Positions 1 through 8,962 of a stretch of 64,000 nucleotides of DNA are shown here, piece after piece. How positions within the stretch are numbered: the stretch's first letter is position 1; every line of letters starts with the position of its first letter. The position numbers were made by a program, and so were the translations under genes. Origin of the DNA: Lachnospiraceae bacterium. Its GTDB lineage: Bacteria > Bacillota > Clostridia > Lachnospirales > Lachnospiraceae. Below the pieces are notes generated by a model. It was not told where the DNA came from. It saw only the letters and a list, made by a program, of their open reading frames with translations, and did no database searches. The stretch is taken from the NCBI GenBank assembly GCA_031555615.1, contig JAVBUF010000009.1:26102-90101 (forward strand), given 5' to 3'.

Positions 1-596
1 ACAAAGGGAGTTACCATTTCCCGGTATTGCCGAAATGTTTCAAGCAGTTCCGCCTCCTGCAGCAAAGGCTTGTGATATAAGTGCTCCATCAGCACATTTT
101 TTAATTCACAGACCCGGCTGATTTTTTCCTTCAGTAAATCCTCATCAAATAATTCACTGACCTGAAAACCAATCTTAGCATATTTATCGGAATAAAAAGG
201 GGCAATTCCCGATTTCGTGGAACCGAACGATTTGCCTCCTAACCGCTCTTCTTCATACTGATCCAGAAGAATATGATAGGGCATCACGACCTGTGCCCGG
301 TCCGAAACCAAAACCCTGGGCATCGGCACTCCTTTATCGATTAACGACTTCATTTCGGCAAAAAAAACAGGAATATTCAATGCCACACCGTTACCGATAA
401 CACTGGTGGTGTGCTCATAAAATACCCCTGAGGGCAGGGTGTGCAGCGCGAACTTTCCATAGGGATTTACGATGGTATGTCCGGCATTTGCCCCTCCCTG
501 AAAACGTACAATGATATCGGCTGTCTTAGCCAGCATATCGGTTATTTTTCCCTTTCCTTCATCGCCCCAATTGGCGCCTACTACTGCTTTTACCAT
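1..596 (-). CDS. purA: adenylosuccinate synthetase, N-terminal part (gene runs off the left edge)
   Basis: Absent from the ORF track because it is truncated. Reverse translation from ATG 596..594 gives MVKAVVGANWGDEGKGKITDMLAKTADIIVRFQGGANAGHTIV..., with the PurA GDEGKGK and GGxNAGHT motifs. RBS is aaGGGAGaatcaatATG. Confidence 0.9.
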   Translation of the reverse strand, partial: MVKAVVGANWGDEGKGKITDMLAKTADIIVRFQGGANAGHTIVNPYGKFALHTLPSGVFYEHTTSVIGNGVALNIPVFFAEMKSLIDKGVPMPRVLVSDRAQVVMPYHILLDQYEEERLGGKSFGSTKSGIAPFYSDKYAKIGFQVSELFDEDLLKEKISRVCELKNVLMEHLYHKPLLQEAELLETFRQYREMVTPF

Positions 597-685
597 ATTG
601 ATTCTCCCTTCTGTCACTTTCAAAGTTCCTAACCTTTACAGTTATAGTATACCCTCATTTGTGATATAAGAAAAATCAATATTAT

Positions 686-1579
686 TTATGAATCATATAA
701 GTTATCGTTATGATTCTCCTGGGATGGCTTTTTAACTGATTTTTCTACCAGTACCAGACCTGCTGCTGTAACTCCCATTGCTGCCAGCAATACCAATCCA
801 TCCACCCAGAGTCGTTTCGGCAGCTGATCCAAAAGCTGACCCAGCCAAAAAGTCGTGGAGAAGTTCAAGACAAAGTGAATCACCATGGGTATCAGAAGCG
901 AATCATATTTGTAGCGTAACCAGCCTAATACCAGCCCAATCAGAAATGCATAGAATCCCTGCACCAGATTGCCATGCATGATACCGAACATCAGCGCCTG
1001 AATGATATTTACAATCCAAAACCGCCGTGAAACCTTGCCTGCATAATATTGGATCACGCCTCTGCACAGCAGTTCCTCACCAATCGGTGCCAGCAATACT
1101 GTCGCTACAATTAACAACCCCGAAGAGCCAATACCAACCTGTTCCATCAACCGATAAAAATCATTAATTATTTGCGGAACAAGGTAAGAAGCAACCTGTA
1201 CCAGCTGGGTCGTAAACACACACATACTGATTCCCAGCAGCACTGCCAGTCCTGTTGCCTTACCATTCAATACGGCTGTCCATTTCTGCCGAAACTGCTT
1301 TTTACGGTAACAAAGCAGATAGTACCACAGCCCAAAAATACCGACGCCCACCACATGATAGGCAAATACACCGGTTCCGGCTCCTTGCAGCATATTTTTC
1401 ATAAAAGCTTCCATAAATTCCTGCTGGGCGTATATCTCTCCGGCCTGTTCCTTTATGGTCAGCACGATACCATACACCGCCATAACCACGCCTCCCAGTA
1501 ACAACTGTAATACCAGAGACAACACCATGGGCAATACACTCATCCAAAACCAGCCAAAACTCTTCCAAAATTTTTTCAT
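686..1579 (-). CDS. CPBP-family (CAAX/Abi-like) intramembrane protease
   Basis: 297-aa multi-TM ORF with EELLCRG (EExxxR) and FGIMHGN (FxxxH) motifs. GGAGAGGGATAAGGGG lies upstream of the ATG. The start is 4 nt after the stop of the upstream gene. Confidence 0.8.
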   Translation of the reverse strand: MKKFWKSFGWFWMSVLPMVLSLVLQLLLGGVVMAVYGIVLTIKEQAGEIYAQQEFMEAFMKNMLQGAGTGVFAYHVVGVGIFGLWYYLLCYRKKQFRQKWTAVLNGKATGLAVLLGISMCVFTTQLVQVASYLVPQIINDFYRLMEQVGIGSSGLLIVATVLLAPIGEELLCRGVIQYYAGKVSRRFWIVNIIQALMFGIMHGNLVQGFYAFLIGLVLGWLRYKYDSLLIPMVIHFVLNFSTTFWLGQLLDQLPKRLWVDGLVLLAAMGVTAAGLVLVEKSVKKPSQENHNDNLYDS

Positions 1580-1583
1580 CCCC

Positions 1584-2990
1584 TTATCCCTCTCCGTTCC
1601 AGCAATAAGTACATAATTTATCCCGATCTAAGCCCACCGCTTCAATCATATCATCCAGACGATGATAGCGCAGAGAGGTAAAGTTAAGCTGTTGGCCAAT
1701 CCGTTTTACCATGGCCTGATACTCCAGTGTCTCCGGGTCGGAATAAGCCGACAGGTTGACATATTTATTATCCCCCTCAATTTCCTTGATCACTCGTCTG
1801 GTGATCAAATCCATTTCCGAACTGGAGCGGGAGAAATTCAAATACTTACAGCCATATAAAAGAGGCGGACATGCCGGCCGGATATGTACTTCCCTGGCTC
1901 CGCTGCTGTAAAGGAACTCTGTGGTTTCCCGCAGCTGCGTCCCCCGGACAATAGAATCATCGATTATCAAAAGGCTTTTATCATAAATCAGGTCATGCAC
2001 CGGAATCAGCTTCATCTTGGCAATCAGATCCCGCTGGGTCTGAATAGTAGGCATAAAAGATCTGGGCCAGGTGGGTGTATATTTAATAAAGGGACGGGAA
2101 AATGGAATTCCGGAAGCATTGGAATAGCCGATGGCATGAGCCACTCCCGAGTCCGGCACTCCCGCTACGGTATCAGGCGATACATCATCCCGCTTAGCCA
2201 GCAGGGAACCGCACCGATAACGCATTTTCTCCACACTGATACCTTCGTAGGAGGATGAGGAATATCCGTAATAAATCCATAAAAAGGTGCAAATCTTCAT
2301 CTCGGTTCCCGGTTTAGCCAGGACCTGCACCCCTTCCGGTGTCACCACCACGATTTCTCCGGGCCCTAACTCCCGCTCCTCGGTATATCCCAGATTGAGA
2401 TATGCAAAGCTTTCAAAAGAAATACAAAAAGAGCCTTCCTTCTTACCGATGGATACCGGTGTCCGGCCCATTCGGTCTCTGGCGGCGTAAATCCCCTTGG
2501 AGGTCATCACCAGAATGGTCATGGAACCTTCGATGATCTCCTGGGCATATTGGATGCCTTCCACCAGATGATCCTTCTCGTTGATAATGGCGGCTACCAG
2601 TTCGGTAGCGTTAATATCCCCGCCGCTCATTTCCAGGAAATGAGAATGCCCTTTTTTAAAAAGTTCATCGGTAATGGCTTCCATGTTATTGATCTTGCCT
2701 ACCGTTTCAATGGCATAAGTGCCATGATGGGAACGGACGATCAGAGGCTGGGGTTCATAATCGGAGATACAGCCAATGCCCACATTTCCCTTCATTTCAT
2801 TAAGATCTTTATCAAATTTGGTACGAAAGGGCGCATTTTCAATATTATGAATGGCCCGGTCATACCCCTTTTCTTTACTGTAAACTGCCATTCCGGCACG
2901 TCTTGTCCCTAAATGGGAATGATAGTCGGTTCCAAAAAACAAATCAAATAAACAATCCTCTTTTGATGCCACACCAAAAAATCCGCCCAT
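1584..2990 (-). CDS. amidophosphoribosyltransferase (PurF) homologue lacking the N-terminal Cys nucleophile
   Basis: 468-aa ORF. By eye it is collinear with PurF. It has the PRTase loop LLIIDDSIVRGTQL and Cys residues at Fe-S-ligand-like positions (KICTF, RPACPP, CTYC). The N-terminus is MGGFFGV where PurF has (M)CG(I/V)xGI. RBS is ctGGAGGacaatATG. Confidence 0.8.
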   Translation of the reverse strand: MGGFFGVASKEDCLFDLFFGTDYHSHLGTRRAGMAVYSKEKGYDRAIHNIENAPFRTKFDKDLNEMKGNVGIGCISDYEPQPLIVRSHHGTYAIETVGKINNMEAITDELFKKGHSHFLEMSGGDINATELVAAIINEKDHLVEGIQYAQEIIEGSMTILVMTSKGIYAARDRMGRTPVSIGKKEGSFCISFESFAYLNLGYTEERELGPGEIVVVTPEGVQVLAKPGTEMKICTFLWIYYGYSSSSYEGISVEKMRYRCGSLLAKRDDVSPDTVAGVPDSGVAHAIGYSNASGIPFSRPFIKYTPTWPRSFMPTIQTQRDLIAKMKLIPVHDLIYDKSLLIIDDSIVRGTQLRETTEFLYSSGAREVHIRPACPPLLYGCKYLNFSRSSSEMDLITRRVIKEIEGDNKYVNLSAYSDPETLEYQAMVKRIGQQLNFTSLRYHRLDDMIEAVGLDRDKLCTYCWNGEG

Positions 2991-3013
2991 ATTGTCCTCC
3001 AGTCTAAGTTTAT

Positions 3014-4465
3014 TTATACATTAATTTCCGCTTTCATGCCAAGCAAATCAGCATTCTTATCCAAAACAGGTCTGATGACCTCCCTTACATAGCTGATGGT
3101 CTGCTCTGCTGCACAGCCCACATAACGGGAAGGCTCCATGGCTGCTTCCAGTTCTTCCAGGCACATGGGAAATGCCTCATCCCGGGCAATCAGCTCTAAA
3201 AGATTGTTGGGTAAGCCTTCGGCCTTCACAGTCTTTCCGGCTTCCATGGACAGCTCCCGGATATGTTCATGAAGTTCCTGCCGGTTACCGCCTTTTTTTA
3301 CCGCGTCCATCATAATATTTTCAGTGGCCATAAAGGGCAGCTCACTTTTTAGCCGCTGTGCGATTACTTTGGGATAAACAACCAGTCCATCCACCACATT
3401 TAAACACAAATCCAATATTCCATCAACCGCCAGAAAGCCTTCCGGAATGGACAGCCGCTTGTTGGCTGAATCATCCAGGGTCCGCTCAAACCATTGGGTT
3501 GCCGAGGTGATGGCCGGATTCAGGGCATCAACCATTACAAAACGGGCCAATGAAGCAATCCGCTCACTGCGCATGGGATTTCGCTTATAAGCCATAGCCG
3601 AAGAACCGATCTGGCTTTTCTCAAAGGGTTCCTCCACTTCCTTCAAATGCTGCAGCAGACGGATATCATTGGACATCTTATGGGCACTGGCAGCAATGCC
3701 GGCCAGCACATTCAAAACCCGGGTATCCACTTTCCGGGAATAGGTCTGACCTGATACCGGATAACAGTTTTTAAATCCCATCTTTCCGGCAATCATCGGA
3801 TCGATCTTTTTGATTTTTTCCATATCTCCATCAAACAGTTCCAGAAAGGAGGCTTGGGTCCCCGTGGTGCCTTTACATCCCAATAGCTGCAGACCCGCAA
3901 GGACATATTCCAAATCCTCCAGATCCAGGTAGAACTCCTGCAGCCAGAGGGTTGCTCGCTTTCCTACTGTAGTGGGCTGGGCCGGCTGGAAATGAGTAAA
4001 AGCCAATGTCGGCAGCTCAGCATGAGCCTGCGCAAAATCAGCCAATTCCCGGATCACATTTACCAGCTTCTTTTTCACCAGTTCTAATCCCTGCTTCATT
4101 ACAATAATATCGGTATTATCACCCACATAACAAGAAGTTGCGCCTAAATGGATGATGCCTGCCGCCTTCGGACATTGCTGTCCGTAGGCGTATACATGGC
4201 TCATCACATCATGGCGCACTTCTTTTTCTCTTTTTTCTGCCACATCATAGTTGATATCCTCTGCATGCAGCTTTAATTCTTCAATCTGCTCTATGGTGAT
4301 CACAGGCTTGCCGTTCCGGCTAAGTCCCAGCTCCTGCTCCGTTTCCGCAAGGGCAATCCACAGTTTCCGCCAGGTCCTAAACTTCATATCGGGGGAAAAA
4401 ATATATTGCATCTCTTTACTTGCGTATCTTTCAGATAATGGACTTTGATATCTGTCTTTCCTCAT
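3014..4465 (-). CDS. purB: adenylosuccinate lyase
   Basis: The ORF-track frame 3014..4657 was trimmed to ATG 4465, which has AAGGAG 9 nt upstream. The longer form would overlap purC. Fumarate-lyase signature GSSAMAYKRNP is present. N-terminus is MRKDRYQSPLSERYASKEM. Confidence 0.92.
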   Translation of the reverse strand: MRKDRYQSPLSERYASKEMQYIFSPDMKFRTWRKLWIALAETEQELGLSRNGKPVITIEQIEELKLHAEDINYDVAEKREKEVRHDVMSHVYAYGQQCPKAAGIIHLGATSCYVGDNTDIIVMKQGLELVKKKLVNVIRELADFAQAHAELPTLAFTHFQPAQPTTVGKRATLWLQEFYLDLEDLEYVLAGLQLLGCKGTTGTQASFLELFDGDMEKIKKIDPMIAGKMGFKNCYPVSGQTYSRKVDTRVLNVLAGIAASAHKMSNDIRLLQHLKEVEEPFEKSQIGSSAMAYKRNPMRSERIASLARFVMVDALNPAITSATQWFERTLDDSANKRLSIPEGFLAVDGILDLCLNVVDGLVVYPKVIAQRLKSELPFMATENIMMDAVKKGGNRQELHEHIRELSMEAGKTVKAEGLPNNLLELIARDEAFPMCLEELEAAMEPSRYVGCAAEQTISYVREVIRPVLDKNADLLGMKAEINV

Positions 4466-4478
4466 TTTATCCTGCTCC

Positions 4479-5195
4479 TTATAATCCCAAACGCGCCATG
4501 ACTTCCTGATAAGCTTCCTCAACATTGCCCAAATCCCGGCGGAAACGGTCCTTGTCCAGTTTCTCATCGGTATGAACATCCCACAGCCGGCAGGTATCGG
4601 GAGACACTTCGTCAGCCAGAATAATCCGGCTTTCCCCGTCACCGTAGTAACGGCCAAACTCTATCTTAAAGTCAATCAGCTTCATATTAGCCTGCAAAAA
4701 ATATGCTTTCAAAACCTCATTTACCTGAAATGCATATCTCTTTATAATTTCAATTTCTTCCCATGTAGCCAATTCCAGGGCCACCGCAAAATAATCGTTG
4801 ATCAGGGGATCACCCAGACTATCGTTTTTATAGCTGAACTCGATGGTGGGCTGGCTGAAAACTTTGCCCTCCGGTACCCCCAGCCGCTTGGAAAAACTGC
4901 CGGCGGCCACATTCCTGACAATGACCTCCAAAGGAACAATCTCCACTTTTTTAACAGCCGTTTCCCGGGCACTGAGTTCTTCAATCAGGTGGGTGGGAAC
5001 TCCTTTTTCCTCCAGAATGCGGAAGATGTGGTTGGTCATCCGGTTATTGATCTCTCCTTTACCGGTAATGGTTCCTTTTTTCTCACCATTAAATGCCGTA
5101 GCATCATCCTTGTAGTCCACAATCAGGACGAATGGGTCTTCCGTTGCATAAACCTTTTTTGCCTTGCCTTCATAAAGCTGATTCAGTTTTTTCAT
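4479..5195 (-). CDS. purC: phosphoribosylaminoimidazole-succinocarboxamide (SAICAR) synthase
   Basis: Trimmed to ATG 5195 (GAGGAGAG RBS). Sequence reads [21 protein letters not shown]..., with LIDFKIEFG and [13 protein letters not shown], typical of PurC. Confidence 0.92.
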   Translation of the reverse strand: MKKLNQLYEGKAKKVYATEDPFVLIVDYKDDATAFNGEKKGTITGKGEINNRMTNHIFRILEEKGVPTHLIEELSARETAVKKVEIVPLEVIVRNVAAGSFSKRLGVPEGKVFSQPTIEFSYKNDSLGDPLINDYFAVALELATWEEIEIIKRYAFQVNEVLKAYFLQANMKLIDFKIEFGRYYGDGESRIILADEVSPDTCRLWDVHTDEKLDKDRFRRDLGNVEEAYQEVMARLGL

Positions 5196-5241
5196 GATAC
5201 TCTCCTCTTTTTGCTGAAAACCGTTAACTTTTCCACCAAAA

Positions 5242-5270
5242 AGTATATACCATGAAAAAACAGAAATCAA
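5242..5270 (-). promoter_or_regulatory. candidate sigma-A promoter for purC-purB-purF-like genes
   Basis: The minus strand reads TTGATT-17 nt-TATACT about 45 nt upstream of the purC ATG. The -35 overlaps the stop codon of the ABC ATPase gene. Confidence 0.35.
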
Positions 5271-6019
5271 TAAAATTTTCCGATAAATTCTTTAACCCGG
5301 TCATTTTCGGAATGGAAAATTTCCTCCGGAGGGCCTTCTGCCTGTATCAATCCCTGTTCCATAAAAATAATCCGGTCGGAAAGTTCTTTGGCAAACTGCA
5401 TCTCATGGGTTACGATAATCATGGTCATATGTTCCTTTGCCAGCTCCTTGATAACCTTCAATACCTCCCCGGTTAATTCCGGATCGAGAGCCGATGTAGG
5501 CTCATCAAAAAAGAGGATCTTGGGCTGTAAAGCCAGTGCTCTGGCGATGGATACCCGCTGCTGCTGACCGCCGGAAAGCTGGTAAGGGTAGGCATGGGCC
5601 TTTTCCGCCAGTCCCAATTGCTCCAAAAGCTTCTCCGCCCGCTCCTGAGCTTCCTTCTTCGGCACCTTATCCACACTGACAGGGGCATCCATTATATTTT
5701 TCAGCACACTGTAATGGGGAAACAAATTAAAGTTTTGAAAAACCAGCCCGAAATGCTTCTGAATTTCTTTCAGCTTGGGTTTGGGAGCATAAACACATCT
5801 GCCCTCTTCTTCCCAGGCCGCCTTTTCACCCAGATAGCAAAGCTCGCCGCCATCCATCTTTTCCAAAAGCGTGGCGCAGCGCAGCAGCGTGGATTTCCCC
5901 GAACCCGAAGGACCGATAATGGACAACACTTCCCCTTCCTTCACCGTCAACGAGATATCGTTAATAACATCCAACTCATCAAACCCTTTTTTCATATGAG
6001 AAATTTCCAGTAAATTCAT
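5267..6019 (-). CDS. polar amino-acid ABC transporter, ATP-binding protein
   Basis: Walker [13 protein letters not shown] signature LSGGQQQRV, Walker [13 protein letters not shown]. Confidence 0.92.
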   Translation of the reverse strand: MNLLEISHMKKGFDELDVINDISLTVKEGEVLSIIGPSGSGKSTLLRCATLLEKMDGGELCYLGEKAAWEEEGRCVYAPKPKLKEIQKHFGLVFQNFNLFPHYSVLKNIMDAPVSVDKVPKKEAQERAEKLLEQLGLAEKAHAYPYQLSGGQQQRVSIARALALQPKILFFDEPTSALDPELTGEVLKVIKELAKEHMTMIIVTHEMQFAKELSDRIIFMEQGLIQAEGPPEEIFHSENDRVKEFIGKFY

Positions 6020-6041
6020 CGTCTTCTCCCTTTTCGTCTTG

Positions 6042-6689
6042 CTAGCGGTAATAGTTCAAGGCCTTTTCCAGCCGTTCCATGGCAACTGCCACTACCAGAT
6101 TAAAAATATAATAGAACACTCCGGCTACCATCAGCGGCACGATATTGGCCTCCTTGGCCGCAATCTGCTTGGCAATGGTAAACATCTCTGCTTGAGCCAG
6201 TACAAATGCCAGAGAGGTATCCTTTACCAGGGTAATGGTCTCATTGGTAACCGGCGGCAGAATCCGCTTGATCACCTGGGGCAGAATAATCTTAAAGAAC
6301 GTCTGTCCCTTATTATACCCCAGTACCTTGGCCGCTTCATACTGCCCCACCGGCATGGATTCGATGCCCGACCGGTAGATCTCCGCAAAATAAGCGGCAT
6401 AGTTCAATGCGAAAGCTAAAATAATCGCCGGAAAACGAAATCCCGACAAGTTCATTTTAAACAGGTAGAAGGGCGCGAAATAAATCACTATCAGCTGCAG
6501 CATCAAAGGCGTCCCCCGCATAATCGAAATATACACCTTCGTCAGATTCCTGACAAACCCATTCTTCGACATTCTCCCAAAAGAAAATAAAAGCCCCAGC
6601 GGCAGCGAAAATATCAACGTCAGAAAAAAGATTTCCACCGACGAAATCATACCCTTTCCCAATTGCAGCAACATCGTAGTTATACTCAT
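6042..6689 (-). CDS. polar amino-acid ABC transporter permease
   Basis: Multi-TM ORF trimmed to ATG 6689 (AGGAGGAAGG RBS). His/Glu/Gln-type permease loop [22 protein letters not shown]. Confidence 0.85.
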   Translation of the reverse strand: MSITTMLLQLGKGMISSVEIFFLTLIFSLPLGLLFSFGRMSKNGFVRNLTKVYISIMRGTPLMLQLIVIYFAPFYLFKMNLSGFRFPAIILAFALNYAAYFAEIYRSGIESMPVGQYEAAKVLGYNKGQTFFKIILPQVIKRILPPVTNETITLVKDTSLAFVLAQAEMFTIAKQIAAKEANIVPLMVAGVFYYIFNLVVAVAMERLEKALNYYR

Positions 6690-6786
6690 TTTCCGTTCCT
6701 TCCTCCTGCTCACATTACAGAAAGCCTTCCACAACCAGAAGGCTTTTTATTCTCTGTACGTAAATCACTTAATGTAAATCATTTAA

Positions 6787-6867
6787 GAAGAATGCTCTGC
6801 ATTCTTCCAGACAAGATTTTAGATACACTTAGGTACGGTATTTTCGTACCTTAGTGTATCTTCTTGT
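6787..6867 (-). promoter_or_regulatory. two consecutive stem-loops between the binding-protein and permease genes (partial terminator or mRNA stabiliser)
   Basis: Stem-loop 1 has arms 6821..6837 and 6845..6861 (17 bp, 1 mismatch), extended by ACAAGA/TCTTGT. Stem-loop 2 is GAAGAATGC-tct-GCATTCTTC at 6787..6807, followed by a U/A-rich stretch on the minus strand. Confidence 0.45.
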
Positions 6868-6883
6868 CTTAATTTATGCCTAA

Positions 6884-7690
6884 TCAAACACTATCCTGTA
6901 AACCATATTTCTCGGCGATCTTCATGAAAGTTCCGTCTTCTGCCATTTCCAGAACCGTTTTTTCCACCTGATCCTTAAGCTGGGTATTGCCCTTCAGGAA
7001 GCCAATGCCGTATTGTTCGGTAGCCAGTTTATCGGCCAGCATTACATACCCTTCTCCACGTGCCGCAATCTGCTTCTCAGCCACACCGATATCAATGGCT
7101 ACGGCCTCTGTTGCGCCTGCTTCCAAATCCATAAATGCGGTATTATAATCGGCATATTGAACCAGCTCTTTAAAGCTGTTTACCAGTGCCTCATCATCTT
7201 CCAGTGCGTGCAGCGCGGATGAATCCTTCTGTGTGCCTACGGCCTTGCCGGCCAGATCGGCAAAGGTGGTAATTCCTGCATCAGCCTTAACCACAAATAC
7301 CTGTGAACTGTCCACATAAGGCACTGACCATGTATAGCTGTCTTCTCTGCCGTTAATGGTAAATCCATTCCAGATACAGTCGATGCTGCCGGAAGAAAGT
7401 TCCATGTCCTTGGCATCCCAGTCAATAGGCTGCTTTACCAGTTCCCAGCCATTACGGGTGCAGACCTCAGCCGCAAGATCAAGGTCAAAACCGGTATACT
7501 CACCGTTGGCGTCCATATAACCGTAAGGCTCGAACTCTGCATCAAATCCTACCGTAAAAGTGGTTCTTTCAGCACCTTCTGTTGTTGTACTTTCTGCTGT
7601 TTCTGCGGTCTTAGAACCACAGCCGGTAAATAATGTGAACGCAAAAGCTGCCACCATCACTACCGATATCCAATTCTTTAAATTTTTCAT
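6884..7690 (-). CDS. amino-acid ABC transporter substrate-binding lipoprotein
   Basis: Trimmed to ATG 7690 (GGAGGAG RBS). Signal peptide with lipobox LFTGC. Body resembles a family-3 solute-binding protein. Confidence 0.85.
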   Translation of the reverse strand: MKNLKNWISVVMVAAFAFTLFTGCGSKTAETAESTTTEGAERTTFTVGFDAEFEPYGYMDANGEYTGFDLDLAAEVCTRNGWELVKQPIDWDAKDMELSSGSIDCIWNGFTINGREDSYTWSVPYVDSSQVFVVKADAGITTFADLAGKAVGTQKDSSALHALEDDEALVNSFKELVQYADYNTAFMDLEAGATEAVAIDIGVAEKQIAARGEGYVMLADKLATEQYGIGFLKGNTQLKDQVEKTVLEMAEDGTFMKIAEKYGLQDSV

Positions 7691-7731
7691 AATGCTTCTC
7701 CTCCTGACACTTTGTTTCATTAGCAAACTAA

Positions 7732-7760
7732 AGTGTAACAGAACAAGAGGTTTCTGTCAA
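7732..7760 (-). promoter_or_regulatory. sigma-A promoter of the amino-acid ABC operon
   Basis: The minus strand reads TTGACA-17 nt-TACACT, starting directly after the stop of the upstream gene. Confidence 0.55.
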
Positions 7761-8948
7761 TTATCCGTTAAATTTTTTCTCATAGTTTGCCACCATCTGT
7801 AAAATCTCACTGGCATATTGGGGATACTTTTCTACCAAATCCTTGATTTCTTCCTGTGCATTATGAGCCACAACTTCCTTGTTATAATCAATTCTGCGGC
7901 GCAGGGACTGTCTGCGGATAATCAGATCATGTCTGATTTCCACCATTTCTTTTTTGTCCAGTATCGCCGCTGTCTGATGCAGCCAAACCGCCGGGTCCTT
8001 CACCTGGTACCGGCGCAAAATATGCAGCAGATCCTTCTGGCAGATATCCAGTTCCCGTTCCGCCTGCCGGTAGCTGTCCCGCTGTGCTTTTTCTTCCTGA
8101 TACTTAACCCATATCTTATCTAACTCCTGGGCATTGGATACCGCATACTTCAGCTGCAGGTACTCCAGCAGATTGGTATTATTGATGTACCTGATCTTAA
8201 CCGTATTATGCAGCAAAATAATTTTATTGATGCTTTTTTCCACTCGCTTCAGTTCTTTAACAGAATCGCTGTGCTTGATGTAAATCAGGGTAATTGCCAA
8301 TGCTGCTCCGCCAATGGTCAGCAGATAGCCCAGCCTGGTGTTCATTCCAAATCCCATCTGCAGCACCAAAAGCAGTATGATACATAAAGCCGCCGCCGTA
8401 ATACAAATCACAAGCATGCCCTTTAAATCTTCAATAATGCGCTGCAGCTCATGCTTTCGGAACAAATAGGCCTGCTTTTCATTATCCAGATGCCGCATAT
8501 CTGATTTGATCAGTCCCTGATAGTCTTCTGCTTCCTTTAATTTAACGTATCCTTCCTGTACCTCTTCGGCAAGTGATTCCATTTTTCGGTACTGGGCCTC
8601 ACTCATTCGGTTGGTGCGTTCCAAATAACCGTTTTTTTCGCCCTCCAACTGATTGATTTTTTTTGCTGCCTCTTCCAGCACCAGCCGTTCTTCTTCAGGC
8701 AATGCTTCCACTTCTTCCATATCTTTAAGATAGGAAGTAACCATATTATACTCAAACTGCAGATTTTCCACCTCTTTGGTGGCTTCGACGATTTGCTCCA
8801 GACAATTTTTTACATAATCCTGCCGTTGTTCCTTGTCATGAATTTCTAAATCGTCCCTGTCGTATACAACTTCATTCCATTCTTCAAATTCGTATTCCGT
8901 CTCATATTCTTTTCGGATCCGCTGCCATATCTTTTTTATAAAACCCAT
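7761..8948 (-). CDS. hypothetical membrane protein: cytoplasmic coiled-coil arms flanking a TM hairpin (gene D of the four-gene operon)
   Basis: 395-aa ORF with ATG start and GCGGAGcagaaca RBS. Heptad-like E/K/Q-rich regions lie on both sides of two hydrophobic segments (MLVICITAAALCIILLLVLQMGF and LGYLLTIGGAALAITLIYI). Confidence 0.7.
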   Translation of the reverse strand: MGFIKKIWQRIRKEYETEYEFEEWNEVVYDRDDLEIHDKEQRQDYVKNCLEQIVEATKEVENLQFEYNMVTSYLKDMEEVEALPEEERLVLEEAAKKINQLEGEKNGYLERTNRMSEAQYRKMESLAEEVQEGYVKLKEAEDYQGLIKSDMRHLDNEKQAYLFRKHELQRIIEDLKGMLVICITAAALCIILLLVLQMGFGMNTRLGYLLTIGGAALAITLIYIKHSDSVKELKRVEKSINKIILLHNTVKIRYINNTNLLEYLQLKYAVSNAQELDKIWVKYQEEKAQRDSYRQAERELDICQKDLLHILRRYQVKDPAVWLHQTAAILDKKEMVEIRHDLIIRRQSLRRRIDYNKEVVAHNAQEEIKDLVEKYPQYASEILQMVANYEKKFNG

Positions 8949-8962
8949 TGTTCTGCTCCGCT

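Noticed and set aside
441-632. 63-aa plus-strand ORF at the left edge.
   Set aside because: It is antisense to the clearly recognisable purA N-terminus.
4466-4657. N-terminal extensions offered by the ORF track for purB (also purC 5196..5270, htpG 18472..18552, permease 6690..6734, SBPs 7691..7726 and 49571..49597, permease 62886..62915).
   Set aside because: The extensions overlap upstream genes or lack an RBS. Internal ATGs have strong SD sequences and give N-termini matching the families.
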